NCBI GenBank assembly: GCA_004431415.1
Contig: QPMI01000644.1
Span: 1-64,000, forward strand
DNA from: Cyanophora paradoxa CCMP329
Taxonomy: Eukaryota; Plantae; Glaucophyta
Length of the DNA stretch: 64,000 bases
Direction: 5' to 3'
Position numbers and translations under genes: made by a program. The notes beneath the pieces are model-generated. The model worked only from the letters and a program-made list of their open reading frames with translations. It searched no databases and was not told the DNA's origin. This document shows, piece after piece, positions 35,401 to 47,539 of the stretch (the stretch's first letter is position 1; each line of letters starts with the position of its first letter).

Positions 35401-37134
35401 TCTCGGGTGCTACACCCCGGCGGCTCGACCCGGGATGCACACCTTCTAGCATCGAGCCCTAGCTAGCTTCGCTTTCGGGGGTCCCAGGCCTTGTCGGCCC
35501 ATATCCGCCTCGCGGAGCCTAGGCTCAGCGGCTCACACCGGGGGCAGGCGCAGCTGGAGGACAGCGGGTCGCTCTTCCAGGTCATTGTGCGCCCCGCCCC
35601 GCCCCGCCCCCCGCTGCCCCGCCCCGTCCCGCCCCGGCCCGCTGCCCCGTCGCTTCTCTTGACCGCAACGACGTCGCCACGCTTCGCCCCGGCCCGGCCC
35701 GGCCAGCGCCACATGGTCCACGTGCGTGTATGGCTCGGCTCACATCTAGCCTCGCGGGCCCTGAGCTTGCCCGGGTACACGCGCAGATCCGGCGGAAGCA
35801 CAGCGCGTTCGGGTACGGGAGCTTCTCCTTCGCGGCCACCAACGACCCGGCCGTGGTCCGCCCCAGGCCCCGCCCCGGCCCCGCCCGCTCCGGCTTTAGC
35901 CTCGGCCCCGCCTGGCCCGTCTAGATATCTAGATCTTTTTAGATCCGCCGTGCTCCGCCCGCGCCCCGGCCCCGGCCCCGCCGTGGTCCGCCCCGGCCCC
36001 GCCCCGGCCCTGAGCCAGCCCCGCCCCACCCGCCCGCCCGACCCGCCTTGGCCCGGCCCGGCACGGCCGCCTTTCCCGTCCCGCACGCTAGCGCTCCGGC
36101 GCCGCCCGGCCCGTCTAGATCTCTAGATGATTCTAGATCTGGACCGGTCCGCCCCCGCCCCGGGCCTGGCCACCTCCCCCGCCCTGGTCCGCCCCGCCCC
36201 CGCCCCCGCCCCGCCCCCGCCGCGCCGCGCCCGCCCGGGCCGCCCTGGCCTGGTCCGCCCCCCGCCTCGCCTTGTCTCCGGCTAGCTCGCCCTGCTCCCG
36301 GGTACAGGGCCCTCGCCGCCCCTCCCAAGATCCAGAGCCCCGTCGAGATGTGTTGAGCGCGGAAACCTCCCGCCCCGCCCTGCCCCGCCTCGCGGGCCCT
36401 CGCGCGCTCCCCTCCTGAGCTCGCTTCCCCCCCCCCCATCCCTACCACTACCCCCTCCGCCTCCCTCCGTCCCCCCCTCCCCCCCCGCGGACCCCCTCCT
36501 CGCCCGCCTGCATCTGACGGCCCCGCCCCGCCCCGCCCCGCCCCGCCGCTCAGATCGCTTACGAGCGGGAGCACGGCCCGGACCGCGTCCTCGTCGTCTC
36601 CAACGTCTCCGGCCGCACCATCCAGGCGAGCTCCAGATCTAGACCTATCTAATCGAAGCTTTGATCCGCTCGCGATCGTTTATGACCCTACCCCACTCCG
36701 ATCTGAGCTTGCGTTCAATTCGCACCCTAGCCTTAGCTTTATCCGTCTTGCCAGTCGTCATTGAACCTTGGCGTCGACAGGCGGAGGTGCGGCTGGAGCG
36801 GGCGCTGGGCCCCGACTACGACCCGGCGCCGCACGACCTCTTCACGCGCGAGGCGGCCGCCATCGACGCCAAGGACCGCCGCGTTCTCCGCGCTGAGCTG
36901 GCCCCCTACCGGTGCGGGTAAAACTTAGCGGCGGTCTGGGCAGGCGGCGCTATCAGTTGTAAGCTGAAGCTTAGCATACGATTAACATCATAGGCACCTC
37001 CCCCCGCCCCTTCCGGATCCCCCCTCCCCACTCCCTTTTCGTCTCCTTAACACTTACCCCCCCCCCCCCCCCCCCTCACCCCTATAGCTAGCTACGTATA
37101 CCAGTCGATCCTCCCAAGCGGACGCCTAATCTGA
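29463..37134 (+). CDS. treS: Trehalose synthase / maltose alpha-D-glucosyltransferase (GH13, TreS type), about 32 exons
   Basis: W|YKE|[30 protein letters not shown]; [10 protein letters not shown]; [14 protein letters not shown]; [14 protein letters not shown]; [24 protein letters not shown]; LSEANMWPED; [13 protein letters not shown]; [12 protein letters not shown]; YYGDEIGMGDN; [12 protein letters not shown] 1-nt deletion at about 32355 is probably an assembly error. Confidence 0.95.
31008..31140 (+). repeat. (AAGCCTTT)n microsatellite in a TreS intron
   Basis: Direct reading of the tandem 8-mer with TAT/GAG variants. Confidence 0.9.
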
Positions 37135-37931
37135 CGGGCGTGTGCATGCGCGCACGGGGGCCCCGGGCGCAGCTTTTTGTGGCTGGACCTGCAGGAGGGC
37201 GTCCGCTTCTGGTAATCGCGAGCATCGGAGGCGCAAGGCCGAAAAGGGCGAAGACAGTTGCAATTGCAACGATGCGGCTGGCCATGGCTATGCACCGAGC
37301 CAGCTGCAGGCGCACCGGGGCCCGGCCGGCTAGCGCTGCGACCGGCCATGGGATCCGGAGGTGGAGCTCGAGGTCAGCATCATTTATGTAATTGTAAGGC
37401 TCGAGGGCCCTCCATATGTCACGTGTACTACGGCGCTGTATAACATGTACATGCAACTCATCTGCAGCTGGCGGCCTGATCATGACTCAGCCTGGCAGTG
37501 AGCCGGGCTGCGGCCCGGGCGCCCTCGGCCGCGGCTGGGCCCAGCCTGGCAGGCAGCCTGGCAATATAATGCACGTGGCAGCACTGGCAGTACTATAGTT
37601 AGCTATATATAGTACTTAACTAGTAAGCTATTGCGCCGACTCGGCCCCATATGCATAGGATCTAGCGCTGCAGCTGGGCGCCGCCCTGCTCGATCTGCTC
37701 GTCTCAGGATGTGCAAGGTGGGGTCGAAACTTGAAATGAACAGTGTGCATTCAAAGCTATCTGATCGTCCTGCAGCTAGCGATAGCACTCGCTCTGCGTA
37801 GGCCCTGAGGCCTGGACCGCGGGATCTAGACTCGACTTCGAACAGCTCGCACCTCCCGGAGTCCGGCGCTGGTGCCTCTGCCCCGCCAGGTGCCTGCCGC
37901 CCCCCGCCGCGCCCCCGCCCTGCCCGGAGCC

Positions 37932-38460
37932 CCACGTGTACAGCCGCCGGCCGCGCCTCCACCGCGCCCAGCGAGCCGCCCCGCCGCCCGCCGCGCCTCC
38001 ACTGCGCCTATCGAGCCGCCCAGCCGCCCGCCGCGCCTCTGCCCCGCCCGCCGAGCCGCGCAGCCGCGCGCAGCGCCTCCGCCGCGCCCGGCGAGCCATG
38101 CCGCCGCCCGCCGCGCCCCCGCCCCGCCCCGCGAGCCGCGCAGCCGCCCGCCGCGCCTCCGCCCCGCCTGGCGAGCCGCGCCGCCGCCCGCCGCGCCTCC
38201 GCCCCAACCGGCGAGCCGCGCAGCCGCCCGCAACGCCTCTGCCCCGCCCGCCGAGCTGCGCAGCCACCCGCAGCGCCTTCGCCCCGCCCGCCGAGCCGCA
38301 CAGCCGCCCGTCGCGCCTCCGCCCCGCCCCGCGAGCCGCGCAGCCGCCCGCCGCGCCTCGGCCCCGCCCGGCGAGCCGCGCAGCATCCCGCAGTGCCTTC
38401 GCCCCGCCTGGCGAGCTGCGCCGCTGTCCGTCTCGACTCCGCCGCGCCCGGAGAACCCCG
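37932..38460 (+). repeat. 40-bp-period GC-rich minisatellite (about 13 units)
   Basis: CGAGC at 37972, 38012, 38052 … 38412, an exact 40-nt period. Confidence 0.92.
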
Positions 38461-39099
38461 CCGCTCGCGGCGCGCGGCTCCGCAACGGTACCGGTCAGTA
38501 GCGCGCAGGCCTAGGGACCGCGGGAGGCGGATCGGTGAGCAGCACGTCAAGCGGCCCGGCGGCTCACCGGGGCCCGCGGCCGCCCGCGGCCGCTCGAGCT
38601 CCGAGGCTCGCTCACCACTCGCCTACTCGCCGCGGCCGCTCGCCACTCGCCGAGTCGCGCGCACGGGCCATCGCGCCTATACAGCTAGCGATATAGCTAG
38701 CCGCAGTCGCACGGTACCGGTACCCTGGTGCGACTGGCCGCGGTACCCCGGAATTTCTCCTAGCCTGTACGTACTAGCGCTAGCCTAGCTACAGTATATA
38801 TACTGGGTAGCTAGTTATACCGAAACTTATACGTACGTATACGTACAGCTGAGCAAAATTAATATATGTGCTATATATAAAAACGTTTTATTCAGGCCTA
38901 TATATGATATATCTATAATGTATACATGCAGTTAACGTACGTTGATTATATAGGCCTGCCTCAATTGCAAGTAATTAATATTAAATTAAGGTAGGCCGCA
39001 TGCGCAGCCCTGGCCCGCAGGCGCCATGCACTGCCGGCGCCGCGCCAGGCCTAGGCTCGCCGCGCGCGCGCCAGCCCGGCGCGCCCGCTACGGTAATTT

Positions 39100-40060
39100 T
39101 AAGGCCTCGATTAGAGCTGCGGCTCGAGCTAAAAACCCTCGGCTCGAGCCAGCTCGAGCCGGCCCGCTCCAGCCTCGAGCCAGCTCGAGCCCGGCTCGAG
39201 CCGGCCTAAAGCGGGGGTACTTGGTCCCGGACTTAGGCGCGCGGAGAGAACTTGACCTCTAGCTCGTGCGAATACATGCAGAAAGCACATAATATTACAG
39301 AATAGAGCCAGGCTAGCCTGTATTTGATGAATTAGGTCCCCGACACGCGCTAGACATGAGAAGTTTACGTACGCGTCAGAGGCCGCCTCCGATCCCCCCC
39401 CCCGGCTCGAACACTGGTTGGCCGGCTCGACCTAGCCCCCCCCTCCCCGGCTCGAGCCAGCCTTCCCCTCGCCACAAGCCGGCTCGGCTCGAGCCAGCCG
39501 ACCGTCGCCACGAGCCGGCTCGAGCCGGGGAAAAGGTCGGCTCGAGCCTCGATCCGAATTCGAAGTTTTCTTAATTTCGTTCCTCCGAAGTGACGTCCAC
39601 CTCCGCGGCCGTACTACGGTAAGTCGCGATTCATCGCCCAAAGCTTACATTATAAGCAAGTTTAAAGCAACCTCCGAATTTGAAGCTTTTTTTCGAACCC
39701 TGACGCCATATATATATGCATGCATGCATGTAGTAGCCATGTACCGTGATGATGCACGTACAGTGACGTACTCCCAGTACACGCGCGCTTCTTTCGTACA
39801 AATTGCTACAATTTAATGTCCCAAAATTAAAACACGCAAGGAAAAATCAATCTGTTTCACCAACTTTCACGGTTCTAAAACATTTATTCTATAGCATAAT
39901 TCATACTTCGCATCCTTATATATGTATATTTTATAAACACAGCTTCAAATAATTATTGCGCCACGCGATCATGGAAAATCTTTGCATTGCAATTGAGGTC
40001 GAGCTCGCGCACGAAAGCTCGCACTGTTAAATTACCGTTCGCCGTCGATCGACTAGTTCT
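39100..40060. mobile_element. Probable non-autonomous transposon remnant: clusters of GCTCGAGC palindromes plus an AT-rich core
   Basis: About a dozen (G)CTCGA(GC) motifs in 39105-39210 and 39400-39555, AT-rich 39640-39960, no credible ORF. Termini not identified. Confidence 0.35.
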
Positions 40061-40368
40061 GCAGATGTGACGACGTTTGCCCACCCACCCATTGAAATGT
40101 CCGACGTTTGCCCACCCACGAACCGGCTAGAAATTAGAAGTTACAGAAGTTACAGTCAGACGCACCGGTGCGTCGACGTCAACGAGCTCGAGCTGGCGGA
40201 AAAAATCGAGTTGGCGATATAAATAGCGCTAGCTGCATGCTACATAGCAAGCTGGTCTCTCGAGCTCGAGCTCAGATCTACGCACTCGCTCAGAAATGGG
40301 ATTTTGCCGTACCCCAATTTGATGGGATTAAGGGAGACGAATTCCGATTCTCCGAATATACTTTAATG

Positions 40369-40460
40369 CGCGTCCAACTTTCTACCCGGCTAACAAAAGA
40401 GCCGCGTACAGGAAGCGTCCAACTTTCTACCCGGCTAACAAAAGAGCCGCGTACAGGAAG
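40369..40460 (+). repeat. Perfect 45-bp tandem duplication upstream of ADA3
   Basis: GCGTCCAACTTTCTACCCGGCTAACAAAAGAGCCGCGTACAGGAA x2. Confidence 0.95.
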
Positions 40461-41103
40461 CCTCAGGAACGTTCGTATATCTTCGCGACGTCGACGTCGA
40501 CGGTGGTCCGTCGGTGGACGCATTCGCTAACTTTTTTTGAAGTTTTTTCCCTCTAATTGCTGAAGTCGACGTCGCACAGCCGGTCCGGGTTACCGCGTCT
40601 TGGGCGAGGGAGTGGAGCGCTGCTGCGGCGGGGAGCGCGCGTCGACAAGAAGCACGAGCGCGAGGCCGGAAGCAGTTGGCGGGAGGTCGAAGAGAAGAAG
40701 GAAGAGCCCCGGCGCCCGAGGATCATCCAAGCGCGGTAAGTGCTCATTCGCACGAGTGTGCCCATGCGGGCGCCCTAGACCCCCATTTCTACTCGGAAGA
40801 AGTTCCTTCCTTCTCCGATCGTCCTGTGTCGCAGTTTCGGAGGAATCCCCGACGGCGCCTCTGACTCGGTGCCACAGCTGGACACCCCCCCCCATCAGCA
40901 CTCGGCCCTTCAGCGGAGCCAGCAGCGTCGAAAGCACCCAGATAGTTTAGTCAGGCCGTTCGTTCTCGTTCTGGAGAACTGCCAGCGCCGCGAACTCGAG
41001 TCCGTCGAGGACCTCAGTTCGGGCCCCGATCGGTCCCTTGCAGCACCAGCAGCAGTCGTTGAAGAACTGAAGAACACCTAGAGCGTCTTCGCGTGCCTTC
41101 GGG

Positions 41104-43654
41104 ATGGACGCGCAGAAGGTGAAGAAGCCGAAGGTCAAGCTACCGCCCCCGAACTTCGATCCAAGCGTGCCCAACCTAGTGGAGTGCGCTTCGACCTTTC
41201 CGTATGCGCTTTGTACATGCAGCTGAGCTTCCCTTCAATGTACAGGTTTCCTCCTCTCGGACCCGACAGCGCGCCTCTACTTTCGCAAATATGGGAGCTT
41301 GTCGATCAGGATCAGCAGGCCAGCGTCGACATGGCGGCGCTAGCGGGAGAGATTGCTAATATTCGTGAAGCCGCCCGTAATCGCTCAGCGGAATTCGTGG
41401 CTCGGTGCCAGGACCTGGACAATTGGTATAAGAATATATGTGTGTACCGGCAGCGAGGTTCGTTCGCCCCTCTTCGAATGATTGCCTCGGAAAGCCTGCT
41501 AATAGCCGCTCCACACAGCTGGGCTTGTGTCGGATGCAAGCCAGGCGGCCTCCCCTGAACCCGTGTCACTTGCGTCGAGCCGCAGCAGACAGTGCGCCCC
41601 GGTTGCTTCAGTACTTGCGCAGCATGGTTCATAACTCAATTGCTGGTTCCACAGGGAATTCGATTTTCCGGCTCCGGGACAGGCAGTGCAGGACCGGAGA
41701 GCCCGTGGAGCACACACAAGCGGCGTGGTCCGCGTCTGCCCCGGTTGGCCTTCTCCCGCGCTACTAAGCCAGAATTTTACCTGCAGGGTGCTGATGTCGA
41801 AGGAGGGGAGTTTGCTTATGATGAGCACATGGCCGTCGCTGGTGAGGTTCTGCTTCCAACAGCCTTTTTCTTTTTTCTTACGTCCTCCCTCCAGCGCAAG
41901 AGGCTCAGCGGCCGAACAAGCTCAAGTTGAAGCTAGGAGCGCCCCAGCAGTTGCGGGGGGCGGCCGCCCAAGCAGTCGAAGCGAAGCAGAAGGCGCAACT
42001 GGCGAAGCAGCAGCAGCAGCAGCTGAAGAAGCGGAAGCGCAGGAAAGACGAAGACGGGTTCGCACACGCGCGTGCCCGGGTCGTGTTCCCGCTGATCGCT
42101 CCGCAGGGACGAGACGGGCGCGACGACCTCGGCCTCGGAGCACGAGGAGGAGAACGAGGAGGAGAAGGCCGCGCGGCTCGCTAGGGAATCGGCATCGCAT
42201 CCGTTCTGGGCGCAAATGAACCCCATCTTCAACCTGCTCCGGGAACAGGACCTCAACCTGCTGCAGTTCAAGGCGAGCCGCCCGCTCTTACCGGATCCTC
42301 GGCTTGCGCCTGACGCGCGCGCTCTCGCAGGAGTGGTCGGACCCGAACCCGGACGCCTACTCGCCGCTCCCGCCGCTGGGCAAGCACTACGTCGAGCAGT
42401 GGCGGGAAGAGGACGAGGCCTTCTACGGCGGGGTCGACCCGCTGCACCAGAAGGCCGCGCCGCCGCCGCCGGATCCGTTCGAGGTTCCCGTCCGCGGAGA
42501 GGCGCTCACGCAGCGGCTGCTCGCCGCCTTCGTCGAGGAGACATGCCCGTCGAAGGAGGACATGATCAAGGAGGAGGACGACGACATGGACTCGTGCGCT
42601 CTCTGATCTGATCCGATCCGATCCCCCGCGCCCCGCCGACCCCCCGCACAGCGTGCCCGAGACGACGATGAGCGGGATGGCGACGCCGGGTCACACCGAC
42701 GCGCTGATGCTGGACGAGAAGGAGGCGCTGTTCAGCCTGCAGAACTGCCCGGCGTGCAGCGCGGAGAAGATCACTGGCTCGTCCGAGTCGATCCTCTCGC
42801 TCGAGCAGAGGCTTCGGAGAGAGCTGATACAGCTCGGCCTTCTGGAGCAGGACGAGGAGGTGAGCCCGGGGCGGGGCCTGCGCTGCGCCGTGCGCGCCCG
42901 GGCCGTTCGCGCGCCGACGCCGGGGCGCAGATCACGGAGGCGACGCGCGAGGACGACGAGATATGCATCGAGATCCGGCGGACGCAGGAGGAGCTGCGGA
43001 AGCTCGTGTCGGACAACCAGCGGCGGTGCAGCGAGCTGCGGGCGTCGCTGCAGCAGCACCTGGAGACGGAGAAGAAGCTCGCCATGATCCGAAAGGCCGA
43101 CTCTGTATTCGACAAGGAGGTCCAGAAGCTTCTCCAGAAGGTCCGCTTGTCGCGCGCTGGCGCCCGCGCGTTCGCGGCCCGTGCCGACCCCCGCCGCAGC
43201 AGAGCAACCAGACAAAGAAGAAGGGGGACGGGGACGAGGCGAAGGGCGCGGCCAAGGGCGCGAGCGCCAGCGCCGAGGCGGCGAAGAAGCGGACGATCGA
43301 GGCGGTCCGCAAGGTCCTGGACGACTACGACAAGGCTATGGCACCGTTCTTGCCGGCCACCGGCCTCCGCCCCGCCGTCTACGTCCAGCTCACCTTCACG
43401 GGGCCCGGCGGCCGCTCCGCCGCCGGCAAGGCCCTCGCCGAGGCGTCCGAGGCCGCGGACCGCGAGGCGGAGGCGGCCGCCGCCGCCTCCGCCTCCGCCG
43501 CCGCCGCCGCCGTCGTCCCGGGCCCCCGGAGGCCGCCGCCGCCGCCGCCCCGGACGCCTCGGACGCCCAGGTCGTGCCCGGCTCGTCCGCCCCGGCCTCT
43601 GGCCCCGCCGACGGCGCCGCCCCCGAGGCGGTCCCCGTCGCCGCCGCCTCCTAG
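41104..43654 (+). CDS. ADA3: Transcriptional adaptor ADA3/NGG1 (SAGA HAT module)
   Basis: HPFWAQMNPIF; LPPLGKHYVEQWREED; ALTQRLLAAFVEE; LEQRLRRELIQLGLL; EDDEICIEIRRTQEEL. Probable 5'UTR intron at about 40736-40954; homopolymer indel near 43525. Confidence 0.88.
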
Positions 43655-44089
43655 ACACGCCCCGGACCCATCCACCGGTTGCCAGCGCGCACCAGCGAGC
43701 GGGCGCCTTTTTTCTCTGTCCGCGCGCAGAGCGCTACGCCCCGTCCCTCCTGGCTGTTATTGTCCGTGATTGCTCCTGGTTGTTATGTTCCTTCCCTTTT
43801 GCGTGCCCCTTGTGTGTGTGACTAGTTGGCCGTCCAGTGGCCGTCAGTTTAGTTTCAAGGTAGTCGGCAGTCTTCGTTTTCAATATTAGCGAGATCCCGT
43901 ACCCCGCAGTATCCATACAATCTCGTCCATTCTTCAGTACCTTCACAATCTCTTCCCTTCATTCTTGAGTCGGACAGTGCTATTGTTTCTGCCTGCATTC
44001 CCCTCTACTTGATTCCTCTCAGCTGATCCGTATGATAGGCGAAGTTCAGCAGGAGTGTTTTTTTGAGCGTAATCGAAAGCTCTAATATA

Positions 44090-45674
44090 TTAATCGTGCC
44101 AACCAACGCCAGCGGAGGGGTTGCCGTTCAAGGGCGAGCTCGAGGGCGTAGCGGCGGGCGCACCCGAGGGGCCCGGTACGGCCTCGTGATCAGGCTCCGG
44201 AGGCTCGCGATCGGGGGCACGGGGTGGAGGCGAGGGGTCGGCCGGCGCCGCGGCAGCAGCAGCGACAGTGTCCGGATCCGCAGCTGTGGCGGGCTGCGCG
44301 TGCGGGCCGCGGAGGTCGATGAGGGCGAAGCGCGGCGGCTCCTCCGCGCTGCGCTGCACGAGGAACAAATCCTCGAGGAACTGGCCCAGGCCCGAACCAG
44401 TCAGCTGCCGCGCGGCCGCAGGCGGCGGCGATCCGGTTGGGCTGAAGGCACCTCGACGTTCTCGGCTTGGTCCCGCCCCAGGGCGAGCCACGGGTCCTGC
44501 GGCCTGTTCACCAGGACGGTCACCAGGTCCTGCTCGCGACAGCGCGGCGGGCCCGCGCCGGCCTCAGCGAGCCGTTCGGGGGAGCTGCTGAGGCGGGGAG
44601 ACCCCTTCGGACGCACCTCGATGAGCTCGATCATTTTCTGGGATCGCGCGGGCCGGCCCTGGTTCGATTCGAAATTCAAGGATCAGCTCGAGAACGGCGC
44701 CGGCGCACAAGGAGCTCTGCCGCGCACCTTGAAGAGGTGGTTGTGAATGAAGCCGTGCAGGTCGTCGGCGAGGCCTATTCGGAGCGCCTCGATGGCTTCA
44801 GCCTTCGCTGCTTCGGCAGCATTTCGCCTGCAAGAGCACGAATTGTTTTCGGTGCCCGTCGAGCTATAGAGCGGGTCGACGGGGTGGGGAGCAGAGCGAA
44901 CCTTTGAATCTCAGCTGGAATGCGATCTCTCAGGGCAGCCGTACGTTCCCGCATGCCTTCGATGATGGCTTGGCGCTCTTGTTGGAGCGCTTCTTCCCTG
45001 CGCGAGGTTAAAAAGGCGGACAAGGGCGGCCGCGTATGCGCACGCAGCAAGGTCCTCTCGCAGCTCCGCAATCTCCGTCTCGATCGTCTCGCGCGCATCT
45101 TGCAGAGTCCGCACGGACGTCTCCAGCTCCCCGATCAGGCGCTCGGCCGCTTCCCGCTCCGACAGGGCGAGCGCTGTGCACGGGCGTTAGTTAGGTACGT
45201 TCTTCGAATAGCCGCGCACAGGGCCGCACGGGCAGTTGTGTCGGTCGCTGCCGCCTCAGCAGACCGCCGCTTGATGACGCGCTCGCGGATCGCGCATGCC
45301 ACGGGCTGCGCCACGTCAGCAGCGCGTGAGATTAGATGAGCGCATACTCACCAGACTGACTTCTTCCGAGCTCGTCGCCCCAGGGACGAAGGACTGAAAG
45401 CGCGCCAAAAGCGCCCGATGCTCGTGCAGCGCCTGCGACCGGTCAGTGGCGAGCAGGGCGGACATCGAACACTGCGTACACGATGCAGAGGTTCGTCCGC
45501 ATCCTGCCATCCGCGCAGCAGCCCCTCGACCGCCGCGGCGATGCGCACGGCGTCGACCTCGTCGCCGTCCAAGTCAGCGGGGACAAGGCCCTCCCCGAGG
45601 ATCAGGCGCATGATTTCCTTTGCATCGCTGGCGGCATCTGCAGCCGGCGCCGGCGCCGCCGACCCCAGCTCCAT
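44090..45674 (-). CDS. Coiled-coil protein, CENP-K/Mcm22/Sim4-like
   Basis: Coiled-coil body, then LADDLHGFIHNHLF…KMIELIE|DLVTVLVNRPQDPWLAL…VE|FLEDLFLVQRSAEEPPRFALIDL, matching the pattern of the CENP-K C-terminal head. Confidence 0.55.
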
Positions 45675-46045
45675 CGCGCACGGCCGCACTCAGTGACTTA
45701 TACCCCGTCGACTAGCTGCGGGCGCCGCAGCTCAGCGGCTGCAGCGCACGGGCAGGAGTCTCGGAGAGACGTCGACGAGCTTCAAGTGTGGTAGCTTTCT
45801 CGTCAGTGTGGCAGCTGCAGGGCGCATGCGCGCGCACACAAGACCACGAACGGCCTGCACTTCGGCAGACTTCTCTGTGATCGCTTCTGAAAGATGAATC
45901 AAACGGCTACGATAGGGCTGACGGCAACGGGGGGGAGAGCTCCGGGGCGGATCGGGGGCCCAGGTGGGGCCGGGGCGAGTTTAAAGGGGGTCGGGAGAGA
46001 GGGATGGCCGGGGGTGGGCCGGGGCGGGGCGCGGGCCGGAGAGGC

Positions 46046-47502
46046 TTAGAGGTCCTTGTCCGACGTGTCGATGTAGAAGTAAGTGCCTGCCGACTTCTGC
46101 TCCTTATCCTTCACCGAGTCCATCTGGAGGGGAAACAGTCAGTCAGACAGGACAGCGCGGCAGGAAACAGACAAACAGGAAACAACAACAGGGCGCGCCT
46201 TGTTGATGCGCGGGCGGTAGTTGGTGGGGTCTCGCCGGAACGTAATCTCCAGCATCTTCAGGAATGTGTTCATGCCCGTGATAAGCATCTGGGGCCTGCG
46301 GGGCGGAAGGCTCGGCTCGGCGCTCAGCCAGCGGGGTGAGGCGGGGCCGGGTTCAGGACGTACGCGTTGGCTATGCAGTGGATCGCGGGCTCTCCGTCGT
46401 AGACGATGACGCGGTCGGCCAGGTACTGCGAACGAAGTTGAGAAAGCGCACACAAAAAGGAATGGAAAGGAAGAAAGGAGAGGGCGGGTCGCACGGTGGC
46501 CATGATGAAGTCGTGCTCAACGACGAACGCCGTCTTCTTGGCGTGCAGGATGAAGCGCTTGATCACCTTCGAGGCGGTAGATAGATAGATAGATCCGGTC
46601 AAGGCTCGAGAGATAGCGCAGGAGAGCGCTAAGCATTCATTCATCCTCTTCCGACCCGTCCGAGTGCCCCGTTCCCACCCCCCTCTCACCTTGGAGGCGA
46701 TGATGCGCTGCTCCGAGTCGAGGTAGGCGGAGGGCTCGTCGATGAGGTAGATGTCGGCGGGCTGGCCCAGCGCCAGCGTGATGGCCACGCGCTGCAGCTC
46801 GCCTCCCGAGAGGTTCTTGACCTCCTGGTCGATGATCGACTCGAGGTTCAGGGGCTTCATCACGTCGGAGATGAACTGCGGGTGCATGTACGACTCGCGG
46901 ATCTTCTTGTGCAGCAGCTGCCGCACGGAGCCCTGCCGAAACGACTCAGAAGAGAAGGAGAAGAAGAGGGAAAGAGAAAGGGCCGCGCCTCGAACTTGGG
47001 GGCGATCTTCTGCGGCTTGTAGGAGACGCAGAGCTCGGGGACTTGCGCGTCCGAGTCGCTCTTCAGAAGGCCGGCGAGCATACGGATGAACGTCGTCTTG
47101 CCGCACCCGTTCTGCAGGAGCGCGCTTAGTTTAACTTAATGAGAAAGCTGTTAGAGAAAATGCCAATTATGCTTAGAGAAAAGTGCGGTCTGCAAGAGAA
47201 GCTGTTAACAGCTGCGCTTAGTTTAGCTTAGCTTAGCTTAGCTTAGCTTGGTTAGCTTAGCTTGGCTTGGCTTGGACTAAGCTGTTAAGAGAAAACGCCA
47301 ATTAAGCTTCAGGGTTGATTTGATTTGATTAGAGAGCATGCGCGTTCAGAGTTTGGATGCGGGGCCGGGGCCGGGCCCCGTTGGAGGACCGGACCGCACC
47401 TGGCCGAGGAGCACGAGGATTTCAGAGTCGGTGAACTCGCCCGCCTTGATGTCGAGCTGGAAATCGCCTACCCCGCCCGGTCTTCTCAGCGGATTCGGAG
47501 GA

Positions 47503-47539
<37 letters not shown>

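Noticed and set aside
37776-38550. Repetitive ORFs over the minisatellite
   Set aside because: The 40-nt period shifts frame every unit; no coding signature.
40030-40058. Helitron 3' end (CTAGT)
   Set aside because: No convincing GC-rich hairpin at the expected spacing, and CTAG is ubiquitous here.
43820-44088. Lower-GC segment with a short ORF (MKVLKNGRD…) as foreign DNA
   Set aside because: It lies between two convergent stop codons and is adequately explained as 3' UTRs; no recognisable motif.
47218-47275. Telomere-like repeat
   Set aside because: (TTAGC)n is short, intronic and lacks the G-run of telomeric repeats.
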